From a virus, in IMG/VR virus record IMGVR_UViG_3300045988_139474, positions 64,001 through 128,000 of that record: a stretch of 64,000 bases of DNA; one strand, 5' to 3'. The position numbers and the translations under genes were made by a program. Shown piece after piece: positions 44,116-52,163 of the stretch. How positions within the stretch are numbered: position 1 is the stretch's first letter; each line of letters starts with the position of its first letter. Below the pieces are notes generated by a model that saw only the letters and a list, made by a program, of their open reading frames with translations, was not told where the DNA came from and made no database searches.

Positions 44116-44565
44116 ATGATTAATCTCAAAAATATCTCAGGCTCCATGCTCATCTTTTACGGCATGTTGGAGAGCGGTTCAGCTGTCTTCTTCAAGCCTG
44201 ACGAAACCCTTGAATTCAGCGAAGCTGAGTTGAACGGCAACTGGCGCAAGACCCTTGCTAAATACGGCTCAACAAGCATTGAAATTGTTGAAGCTGTTAG
44301 CAAGGCGGAATCGAAGCCTAAGGCCGAAACATCTAAAAAGCCTGCCGGCAAACCAGCTGCTGACTCGAAAGGCGAAACAAAGACTTCAACGCCTGCTAAG
44401 CCTAATGCAGACACCAAATCAGATGCTACTAAGTCTGAGGACAAGTCTGATGCTAACCCTAAAGGTGAAGGCAAGGCTGAAACATCTACTGACCCTGAGG
44501 GCGAAGGCAAAGGTGAAACACCGCCTGCTAAACCTGACGGAAAACCTGAGGCTGAGGACAAATAA
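44116..44565 (+). CDS. small protein with a folded N-domain and a Lys/Glu/Pro-rich disordered tail (paralog of 40161..40676)
   Basis: MINLKNISGSMLIFYGMLESGSAVFFKPDETLEFSE... aligns with the 40161 protein. Confidence 0.65.
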   Translation: MINLKNISGSMLIFYGMLESGSAVFFKPDETLEFSEAELNGNWRKTLAKYGSTSIEIVEAVSKAESKPKAETSKKPAGKPAADSKGETKTSTPAKPNADTKSDATKSEDKSDANPKGEGKAETSTDPEGEGKGETPPAKPDGKPEAEDK

Positions 44566-44602
44566 GCCATTCGCAGAATTTGTCTGCGGCTAATCTCTTG
44601 AG

Positions 44603-44707
44603 AGGTTAGCACAACTGCTTACAACTATGTTAACCCAACCGACCTTTTGTCCCTTTTCATCGTGTTAATCAGTTTGTCTAGGCAGTTGTGCTAACCTTTT
44701 ATTTTTC
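44603..44707 (+). terminator. long-range 16-bp hairpin plus T-tract (terminator or structured RNA)
   Basis: AGGTTAGCACAACTGC (44603-44618) pairs perfectly with GCAGTTGTGCTAACCT (44682-44697). The loop is 63 nt and is followed by TTTTATTTTT. Confidence 0.5.
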
Positions 44708-44719
44708 CAGGGGAATCCT

Positions 44720-45271
44720 ATGAGATTGATTGATTTAGTTTCACGCACCAGCGATTTACGCAATCGCCAATACAAAACAGGTGCCGTGACTCAAGTTGAG
44801 TACTCTTACTCGCGCAAAAACAGAATCCTCTATGTTACGGCTCGAATCAAGTCAGCCTCATCCAATACCGTTTACAAGACTATGTTGGGCTTCAAAGGCG
44901 TGAACTGGTCAAAAGAGCGTGGTGGCGATTTCATCGTCAAATATACGGAGGATGGCGAAGTCATCTGGCTCAACCGTCCGTCCGTATTGATGGAAGTTGT
45001 AACGCGTTGTCAATGCCAAGACTTCAGACACCGATTCATGTGGCAAGACAAAAGCGTGAAATCCCTACACGGCAAGGCTATCCCATATACCAGAGTGCCA
45101 GGCAGTAATAGACCGCCTGCAAACCCTTTAGGGGATACTGGTTGGGGCTTCTGTAAGCATGAGCTTGCTTTAGTTAAACATCTGCGCAAAAATTACATCT
45201 TAGGCCGAAACGCCGTGGTTGATACTTATTTGCGCAAACGTGAAAGGAAGCCAGGTGAACCCCGTAAATAA
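44720..45271 (+). CDS. SWIM zinc-finger domain protein
   Basis: 183 aa. The CxC...CxH signature is RCQCQDF....GFCKHELA. Confidence 0.6.
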   Translation: MRLIDLVSRTSDLRNRQYKTGAVTQVEYSYSRKNRILYVTARIKSASSNTVYKTMLGFKGVNWSKERGGDFIVKYTEDGEVIWLNRPSVLMEVVTRCQCQDFRHRFMWQDKSVKSLHGKAIPYTRVPGSNRPPANPLGDTGWGFCKHELALVKHLRKNYILGRNAVVDTYLRKRERKPGEPRK

Positions 45272-45551
45272 ATTGAGACAACTGCTTGAAACTAGTAACT
45301 CATACGTCAAGAAGCGCGTGTTGCGCGTGAGAAACGGTAAAAAGGAGCTAGTCACGCAGAAAGTCTATAAAGAGCCATGCCGTGACGGTTGGCGGAGAGA
45401 CCCGAAAACCGACAGATGTGTCAAGATGTCGCCTCAGGAGATTCGCAACCGCAAGCTGGCTGCTAAGAAAACCGCACGGAATCCTATGACCAAGCGCAAC
45501 CGCTCAATCAGCCTGAGACGGCGTAGCCAATGGGGATTGAACAAGAAATGA
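45255..45551 (+). CDS. highly basic small protein
   Basis: The in-frame GTG at 45255 follows AGGAAG (MNPVNKLRQLLE...). Lys/Arg-rich throughout, ending RNRSISLRRRSQWGLNKK. Confidence 0.45.
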   Translation: MNPVNKLRQLLETSNSYVKKRVLRVRNGKKELVTQKVYKEPCRDGWRRDPKTDRCVKMSPQEIRNRKLAAKKTARNPMTKRNRSISLRRRSQWGLNKK

Positions 45552-46165
45552 TAACATACCAAGACATTCTCTATTCCGTCCTGTTGGAAACAGGTCAATG
45601 GATTGGAGGCCTTGAAGCGACAGCCATCTCAAAACAACAGATGGATATCATCATCAAGCGTGAATTAGGCCAATATTCCCGATTCTTTCCGAATGTAGTT
45701 ACACGCACGCTACCAATCGGCGGACAATACCGATTCAGCGAAGAGGTTGACGGCCAGATTCCCCTACAGGTGACTAGCGTAGCAGCTGACAATAACGCTT
45801 ATACGGCTGGCTATCGAAGAGGGAACAACACCATCGGTATCTCAAACTGGCAATACAATGCACCAGTCCTACAATTACGCTATCCTAGCATGTCTGACCG
45901 TCTGTATATTGTATCCTATACTGTACCGCATGTTTACAAAGATGATGTAATCCAAACGATTGATATTGAGAATTACAAGTTCATGAGTCTGGTTGCTGCT
46001 AGATTCATGATTACATTAGGCCGTTCACGCAGGGCTTTCTTGCTTAATGACCTGCCCTTCCAAATGGACTCAGACATGCTGATTACAGAAGGCCAAGACC
46101 TGTACGAACGCACAATGGAAGACATCAGGACTAACTCATCGTTTTATCTGGCTATTTTACACTAG
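45548..46165 (+). CDS. hypothetical head/neck structural protein
   Basis: The ATG at 45548 (MITYQDILYS...) overlaps the previous stop (ATGA). 205 aa. Confidence 0.55.
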   Translation: MITYQDILYSVLLETGQWIGGLEATAISKQQMDIIIKRELGQYSRFFPNVVTRTLPIGGQYRFSEEVDGQIPLQVTSVAADNNAYTAGYRRGNNTIGISNWQYNAPVLQLRYPSMSDRLYIVSYTVPHVYKDDVIQTIDIENYKFMSLVAARFMITLGRSRRAFLLNDLPFQMDSDMLITEGQDLYERTMEDIRTNSSFYLAILH

Positions 46166-46176
46166 GAGGCTGGTTT

Positions 46177-46707
46177 ATGTCCTATGCTGTAACATTGCAT
46201 GAGAAGCACGAAAAGGCTGCTTCTAGGCATACCGCCGTTGTCGTAAATAATGCTTTGAAATTCTCAGGCACTGAAGTCCTTATCTTTCGGCCTAAAATTG
46301 AGCTCACAACTGATGAAGTGTACGGTATCTATGCTGGCTCAGACCTCAGGGAATCCAATTCCTACTCAATCTATGATAGGGGCAGGGAGACTGAGGACAT
46401 TATTGAGATAACAGGCACTGAATCCTCGACTGATAATGACCAGGAATACGCTTACAATGACCCAGTCAAGTGCCTAGCCTTGATAACCGCCAATACATGG
46501 CGTCAGATAGACGGCGTAGCAGACGGTTTCTTTGAAGACCCAATTGATTTATGGTGTAGTGCTAAGGTTGATATTGAGCCTGGTGACGTAGTTCAGATTA
46601 CAAGGGATGATGGCGAATCACTCCGATTCAAAGTCATTGCCGCCAAGACTATCGGCGCGTCAACTGATATCGTCAGAAAACTTCAACTTTCCAACGTGGG
46701 GGATTGA
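46177..46707 (+). CDS. hypothetical head/neck structural protein
   Basis: 176-aa ORF with an AGGAGG RBS. Confidence 0.6.
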   Translation: MSYAVTLHEKHEKAASRHTAVVVNNALKFSGTEVLIFRPKIELTTDEVYGIYAGSDLRESNSYSIYDRGRETEDIIEITGTESSTDNDQEYAYNDPVKCLALITANTWRQIDGVADGFFEDPIDLWCSAKVDIEPGDVVQITRDDGESLRFKVIAAKTIGASTDIVRKLQLSNVGD

Positions 46708-47426
46708 CCATGGCTACAACTGTAATTGCACCTGCGGACATATTCGTCACGATACTGCGGGCAATAGCCGTGCAATATCCATTCATCAAAGAGACCGTCT
46801 TTGACCCAACTCTGGATTATGAGCACACTGTAGCCCTCAACCGACTGAATAACGATACGCCAACCATTGAAAAGTCAAAATTGCCTTTGTTGTCTTGGAA
46901 TCGTTCGCCGTTCAGGAAAGCTGGGACAGGCCGTTATCATAATTTCAAAGCCTACAACGGCAAGGCCGTACAAGACGTGAACTTTTCCGTGTTGGAAGCT
47001 GATTTCCGCTTCTCCCTCTTCACGTCAACAATGATTGATATCGAAAAGTTTGAGCTGGACTGGTACTTGAACAAAGGTATCCGTACAATCAATAAGGTTG
47101 AGATTGAAGTTGAGAATGAAAAGGTCAGCTACTCAATCATCTGGGGAGACAATCTTGATGATGTCCTCTGGAACTTGGAGAGCAACTATTACAAGGCCTT
47201 ATCAGGTACAGCCATGATTGTTGGCCCACTCATCCGTATTGACACTGATGAATCTGAAGACGCCAAGTCAGGCTTGATTGAAAGTATCAAGTTTTCTTTC
47301 ATGAACTGTTACGGCGATGAGGTCACTCTATCCGAGTTGAAACCTGACCCGAATGACCCTCCAACCAATCCAGACAAGCTCAAACTGTTTGAACTCTGGA
47401 AACTAAGACAGAAAGACCAAATATGA
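46704..47426 (+). CDS. hypothetical neck/tail-terminator region protein
   Basis: 240-aa ORF with overlapping stop/start. Confidence 0.6.
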   Translation: MTMATTVIAPADIFVTILRAIAVQYPFIKETVFDPTLDYEHTVALNRLNNDTPTIEKSKLPLLSWNRSPFRKAGTGRYHNFKAYNGKAVQDVNFSVLEADFRFSLFTSTMIDIEKFELDWYLNKGIRTINKVEIEVENEKVSYSIIWGDNLDDVLWNLESNYYKALSGTAMIVGPLIRIDTDESEDAKSGLIESIKFSFMNCYGDEVTLSELKPDPNDPPTNPDKLKLFELWKLRQKDQI

Positions 47427-47662
47427 GTGAACAAACAAAAGAACAACCGCAAGAGTCAGAAGTGAAGCCTGCAACCACTAAAAAGGCCGAAAAGAAAGCA
47501 CCGAAACTCATGCGAGTTTATAACCGTCGCAATGAAGACGCAATTTTGGGTGATGGTGAAGATGCTATCCTCATTCCGCCTCGTGGCCAAGTAGTAGTCA
47601 GCGAAGAGAATTTGCCTGAGGAATTGCCCGCAGGCGTTGTCGTTACTGACTTTACAGAGTAA
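47423..47662 (+). CDS. hypothetical small protein
   Basis: 79-aa ORF with overlapping start. Confidence 0.5.
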   Translation: MSEQTKEQPQESEVKPATTKKAEKKAPKLMRVYNRRNEDAILGDGEDAILIPPRGQVVVSEENLPEELPAGVVVTDFTE

Positions 47663-47738
47663 CACACAATTCAGAATCCTTCAGCTTGATTAGATTCAGG
47701 CTGAAAGATAACCCATTAATTTTGATAGGAAAAAGACT

Positions 47739-49577
47739 ATGACTGCTGCTCGTGTCATCAAGCGAGAACAGGATTTGTCCATCTATGCCAATTCAACAGG
47801 TACTTACTATGCTGCCATGGTCGTGCCTGCGTTAAAAGGTAAACGCAACAAAGCTCAGTTGATTGCTACTCGCAAACAGCTGCTGCGCATGCTTACTCCT
47901 AACGACCGTGTTGAAGTTGGTATGAATATGGCACTTTTTGGCGCACTCAACGTTCTGCAATCAACCAAGAATCTGGTTGTAGTAGTGCCTGAGACCAAAA
48001 ATTGTAAATATGCTGGCATCCAGTTCCATAAAGAAAACGCTCCACAACCAGTTTCAGACGGCCTAACGAATCCTGACGCTCACGAATTGGGTGCAAATTC
48101 GTTCCTGATTGCCGCCTCTTCTCAAGGTGCTTGGGGTAATGACCTGTTCATTACCGTTCACAGCTACAAATTCATGGAGCAAGTTAAGGTTGAAGCCCAA
48201 ACTACTCCTGCGGCCTTGAGCCTGCCTACAACTCAAGACTGGGGCAACGGTTTCCCAGTTCAGGTTTACGGCTCGAAGCTTCCTGCTGAAATCGACCCGA
48301 ATGCTACATACTTCGTCATTCGTGACGGTAACAACAAAATCAAGCTGGCGAAAACTCAAGCTGACGCCTTGTCTGGCGAAACTTCTGCGGCTATTGAAGT
48401 CAAATCAATCGAAGCCCAAACCCTGAACCTTTCCCCAGCTATTTACTACACGCGTGAACCTAACACTATGTGTATCCGCGTGTTTACCAAAAATGACCTG
48501 AACAACCCAGTCAAGACCTACATTGTTTCCAAGTCTCAATCTGCTAAGAATGAAGACGGCCGAACACTCTACATGGAAGACGTGATTACAGATGGTGAAT
48601 TCATCAGCATTTTTGATAACACGCTCGTGTCTGACGCATATATCCGAGACATCATCAAGCCTGTACGCTTGTCTGGTGGCCATGACGGCGATGCCTTGAC
48701 TACTGGTGATATGATTCGTGCCTTGCGCGCTTTGGATAATACCAAAGAGTTCAGCATTAAAGTGATTGGTGACTCAGGCTTTACTGTACCTGCTTACCAT
48801 CATGCCCTGCTCGAATTGGCTAAGAAACGTGATGACTGTTTCGTTGCGCTTTCCGCTCCTCTTTCTACTCAACAAAGCCCAGATACAGCTGCTCAAGAGA
48901 TTGTGAACTACGTCAATTTCGTAGGTAATTTCAACACCTCTTGGGGCGGTATCTATGCGCCACACGTGAAGATTTATGACGAATTCAATGACCGTGAAGT
49001 CTTGATTTCACCTGATTCCGTTGCTATGCGCGCTATCTTGGATACTGCCTCCAACTATGAAATCTGGTATCCGCCTGCTGGTAACCGCCGTGGCGTTGTT
49101 TCCGCGCTGGACGCTAAAGTTCACTTGACTGATGCCGACCAAGACTTGCTGTACGACAACAACGTCAACCCAATCGTGTTTGACGCTGGTCAGGGTATCA
49201 AAATCTGGGGTCAGAAAACCCTTTACCGCACCCCATCCATGCTCGACCGTATCAATACTCGCATGATGCTCATTACAATTGGCCCAGCAATCAAAGAGTT
49301 GCTGCATAGCTTCCTGTTTGAGTTCAATGATGAGGGCACACGCGCTATCGTCCGTGCATTGATTAAAACCTACATGGACGGCATTCAAGCTCGCAAGGGT
49401 GTTGAGAAATATGAGATTGTCTGCGATGAGACTAACAACACACCAGACCGTATCGACAATCATGAGCTGGTTGTAGATTTGCTGGTTTGTCCTAAATCTT
49501 CCATTGAGTACATTCCATTCACTATTGGCATCACTAACAACAGCATTAGCTTTGACTTGGCTAAACAGGCATTGTAA
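47739..49577 (+). CDS. contractile tail sheath protein
   Basis: 612 aa. The C-terminal sheath signature is NVNPIVFDAGQGIKIWGQKTLY. A tube gene follows. Confidence 0.8.
   Translation: MTAARVIKREQDLSIYANSTGTYYAAMVVPALKGKRNKAQLIATRKQLLRMLTPNDRVEVGMNMALFGALNVLQSTKNLVVVVPETKNCKYAGIQFHKENAPQPVSDGLTNPDAHELGANSFLIAASSQGAWGNDLFITVHSYKFMEQVKVEAQTTPAALSLPTTQDWGNGFPVQVYGSKLPAEIDPNATYFVIRDGNNKIKLAKTQADALSGETSAAIEVKSIEAQTLNLSPAIYYTREPNTMCIRVFTKNDLNNPVKTYIVSKSQSAKNEDGRTLYMEDVITDGEFISIFDNTLVSDAYIRDIIKPVRLSGGHDGDALTTGDMIRALRALDNTKEFSIKVIGDSGFTVPAYHHALLELAKKRDDCFVALSAPLSTQQSPDTAAQEIVNYVNFVGNFNTSWGGIYAPHVKIYDEFNDREVLISPDSVAMRAILDTASNYEIWYPPAGNRRGVVSALDAKVHLTDADQDLLYDNNVNPIVFDAGQGIKIWGQKTLYRTPSMLDRINTRMMLITIGPAIKELLHSFLFEFNDEGTRAIVRALIKTYMDGIQARKGVEKYEIVCDETNNTPDRIDNHELVVDLLVCPKSSIEYIPFTIGITNNSISFDLAKQAL
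48053..48064 (-). repeat. perfect AG-type DNA uptake sequence
   Basis: The plus strand reads TTCAGACGGCCT, inside the sheath CDS. Confidence 0.8.
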
Positions 49578-49594
49578 AGAGAGAGACCTACAAC

Positions 49595-50116
49595 ATGAGA
49601 CCAACCTTTTCTCAAATTCGTTCTCTTGGTGACCCAGCCTTAAACAATGCTTGGTACATCCAATTTACCAAGATTCCTGCAGCTGCTGGTGTTACCACTG
49701 AAGATTTGAATTTCCGTTGCGAATCTAGCGACATCCCTAAAATGAGCGGTCAGAGCGTGCAAGTACAGATTCGTGGCTTGCCGCCTGTTAAGTATCCAGG
49801 CACTTACGTTCCTGACGGTACTTTCACTCTGAACTTCACCGAGACTGAAGACAACAAAGTCACTGCGGCTATTGCAGCATTGCGTCAGCTTTGTTACGAT
49901 TCCGAAACAGGCGCAGGCCTTCCTAAGTCTGAGCTTGAGATTGAAGCTCGCTTGGTACGACTGAGCCGTCAAAACAAACCAATCTGGGAATACAACCTGC
50001 TTGGCGTGTTTATCGAATCGTATGACCCAGGTGGTCAATTACAAGGTGCGCAGGCTGATATCCTGAAGCCTAGTATGACTCTGTCTTATGACAGTTTCAC
50101 CGAAAAAGCATTGTAA
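49595..50116 (+). CDS. tail tube protein (T4 gp19-like)
   Basis: 173 aa, immediately after the sheath gene and followed by a strong terminator. Confidence 0.6.
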   Translation: MRPTFSQIRSLGDPALNNAWYIQFTKIPAAAGVTTEDLNFRCESSDIPKMSGQSVQVQIRGLPPVKYPGTYVPDGTFTLNFTETEDNKVTAAIAALRQLCYDSETGAGLPKSELEIEARLVRLSRQNKPIWEYNLLGVFIESYDPGGQLQGAQADILKPSMTLSYDSFTEKAL

Positions 50117-50145
50117 ACTGATTCAGACACCAGTCTGATTGAAAT

Positions 50146-50185
50146 AAACCCATTGACGCTCCAAGTGTTAATGGGTTTCTTTTTT
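50146..50185 (+). terminator. intrinsic terminator
   Basis: AAACCCATT, 15-nt loop, AATGGGTTT, followed by CTTTTTTG. Confidence 0.75.
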
Positions 50186-50206
50186 GTACACACTGAAGGA
50201 ACAGCC

Positions 50207-50614
50207 ATGTATAACCTGTTAATTCCATTACATGTAATAGTGTCACGGATTCCTGAGGGCTTAGCAGACAAGACCTTATCTGAAGATGATGACTGGTTTT
50301 TCAGTTACATGTCTCAGACAGAGGGTAACGAAGATTTGCTTGACACTCTAGATGTTCTTGTACGGCTCGAAAAGATACACATCAAGACTTTGACCCGCAA
50401 GAAGTTCATCTCCATCTGGTTCAATGAGTATCCGCGTTCATTCATCGCTGATATTCTGACCACTAGTGATAACCCTCAATCAGTCATTGCTAAACGGTTG
50501 AACGATACCGATGAGCTGTTACAAGTCTATCAGTTAACAGGCGATGAGATGGCTGAAGAGTATAACCTGCATTCAGCATACTCAATCAAGACGAAGAAGT
50601 GTTACAGATTCTAA
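50207..50614 (+). CDS. hypothetical protein
   Basis: The ATG at 50207 (MYNLLIPLHV...) follows GAAGGAA. The track ORF starts upstream inside the terminator. Confidence 0.5.
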   Translation: MYNLLIPLHVIVSRIPEGLADKTLSEDDDWFFSYMSQTEGNEDLLDTLDVLVRLEKIHIKTLTRKKFISIWFNEYPRSFIADILTTSDNPQSVIAKRLNDTDELLQVYQLTGDEMAEEYNLHSAYSIKTKKCYRF

Positions 50615-50616
50615 GT

Positions 50617-50760
50617 TATTAATATATAACTTGTGGTGTGTTATATATTGTATCACATCTATGAGTTTGGAATTGGACTTTTCGTGGATAATCCTTTGAT
50701 TCACCAAAAGAATTTTTAGCCAAAATCCTGTATTTATGTTCGGAATCCTGTAGCCGCCAG
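50617..50760 (+). repeat. conserved ~145-nt non-coding element, copy E (solo)
   Basis: TTATTAATATATAACTTGTGG..ATTGTATCACATCTATGAGTTTGGAATTGG..GAATTTTTAGCCAAAATCCTGTATTTATGTTCGGAATCCTGTAGCC. Ends 25 nt before the 50786 start. Confidence 0.85.
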
Positions 50761-50785
50761 TATCCTTACCAACGAACGGAAGCAT

Positions 50786-51331
50786 ATGAAAGTATTAACA
50801 CGCAGTAAGGTTGCCTCAGTTCAATGGGGTAGCCAGAATCAATGGAATGTATCATTCCCAAACAAGGGGGCTAACGAAAAAGTTGCCCCTCTTCCTAATC
50901 CTTTTGATGACTGGTTTCCCGCCACTGACGTTACCTTGAATGAAGTGTCCCTTGAAACTGCTACCTCAAGGCTGGGATTGTCTGAGTTCAAATTCCCGCA
51001 GTCATACTCTGCGCCTGATTTGACCTTAACAGTTGTGGATACAGAAGATGAAAAACTGTACCACTGGTACAAAGCTTGGGTGGACTACGTCAGGGGCGGT
51101 GACACCATGAAAACCGTGGATGAGTCTTACAAGCTAGTCCAGATTGAGAGTTACTCAAAAACAGGCTCAAGTAAAACAGGCCTTCCTCACTCGATTGAAA
51201 GCCGTTGGAAGAGTAACGGCATTCGCACTTACAAGATAGTGCCAACAGGCATTGTAAGCTGGTCACGCGGTTCATCTGCTGAGACGGTGAATATTGCATT
51301 AACATTTGACATAGTAGGTATTGTACGATGA
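50786..51331 (+). CDS. hypothetical tail protein (possibly tube-like or tube-initiator)
   Basis: 181 aa. The position and a loose resemblance to the tube-family layout are the only evidence. Confidence 0.35.
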   Translation: MKVLTRSKVASVQWGSQNQWNVSFPNKGANEKVAPLPNPFDDWFPATDVTLNEVSLETATSRLGLSEFKFPQSYSAPDLTLTVVDTEDEKLYHWYKAWVDYVRGGDTMKTVDESYKLVQIESYSKTGSSKTGLPHSIESRWKSNGIRTYKIVPTGIVSWSRGSSAETVNIALTFDIVGIVR

Positions 51332-52080
51332 TTCAAACAACAGGGGCTTACATTGTTGTAACCCAATTACCATCCAAATTCTTGTCTTATCCAGACAACG
51401 TATCAATCAAATTCAAGCCGTATTCATTCGGAGAGATTGAACAGGCCTCCCAACTCAAGGGTGCGCCTGAAAAAGAGGTCATTCAAGCAGCCCAATCAGG
51501 CATTATTGTTGAGGGGATGGATTTCCTTGACCTTGAAGTAGCAGATTTTGCGTATCTCGTATTGCTGCGCCATCTGTCCACTTTCGACCGTACAAAATTT
51601 AACCTTGAATTTGAATGTCCTGTCTGCCAACACAAGAACAAGAAAGAAGTACACACTGACGAAGTGGAATTCAATGAGCTGAACGACCGCTTCAAGTCAT
51701 TGCCCGTGAAATTCAACTTGTCTAATGGTGTTCCGATTGAAGTTGGCGGTTTCACTCTGCGAGACCGTCTGAAGCTCGTTGAAGCAGGCGAAGAGACCAA
51801 TGACCTTGCTAATCTGGCTATTCGTATCAAGAACATGCCTTTTGAAGAGGCCAAGCTAGTGATTGCTGGCTTAGACTCAGGCGAAGATATTGACCTGCTG
51901 ACTGTAGTCGCTTCTGAGCTTGACTTCAACACCCAATATGTCGTATCTACTTGCGACCATTGCCACGCTGATAACATTTCTATTGCATTGGAGGACATCT
52001 TAGAGATTGCCACACCCTTTCGCCGAAACGCAAATGATGTTCTCAATCGCATACTTCCTAGCTCGCAATCAGGTAGTTGA
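51328..52080 (+). CDS. zinc-ribbon protein in the tail-assembly-chaperone position
   Basis: 250 aa. Has CPVCQHKNK ... CDHCHADN and lies immediately upstream of the tape measure gene. Confidence 0.5.
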   Translation: MIQTTGAYIVVTQLPSKFLSYPDNVSIKFKPYSFGEIEQASQLKGAPEKEVIQAAQSGIIVEGMDFLDLEVADFAYLVLLRHLSTFDRTKFNLEFECPVCQHKNKKEVHTDEVEFNELNDRFKSLPVKFNLSNGVPIEVGGFTLRDRLKLVEAGEETNDLANLAIRIKNMPFEEAKLVIAGLDSGEDIDLLTVVASELDFNTQYVVSTCDHCHADNISIALEDILEIATPFRRNANDVLNRILPSSQSGS

Positions 52081-52163
52081 CCCTGTGACTTTGCGTAGGA
52101 TGGATTGGTCGGAAGTCAATTACATGTGTGAACAATTATCCAAAGAATTAGAGGAATTGAACG

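Noticed and set aside
49008-49604. 198-aa minus-strand ORF antisense to the sheath gene. Similar antisense ORFs occur at 32975..33538, 51483..52052, 53066..53503, 44157..44612, 38821..39267 and 11719..12093.
   Set aside because: Each is fully contained in a longer ORF that has recognisable motifs or operon context on the opposite strand. They are taken to be non-coding shadows.
50582-50785. 67-aa minus-strand ORF covering element copy E.
   Set aside because: It lies entirely within the conserved non-coding element, is antisense to all neighbours, and its frame is not conserved with copies C and D.
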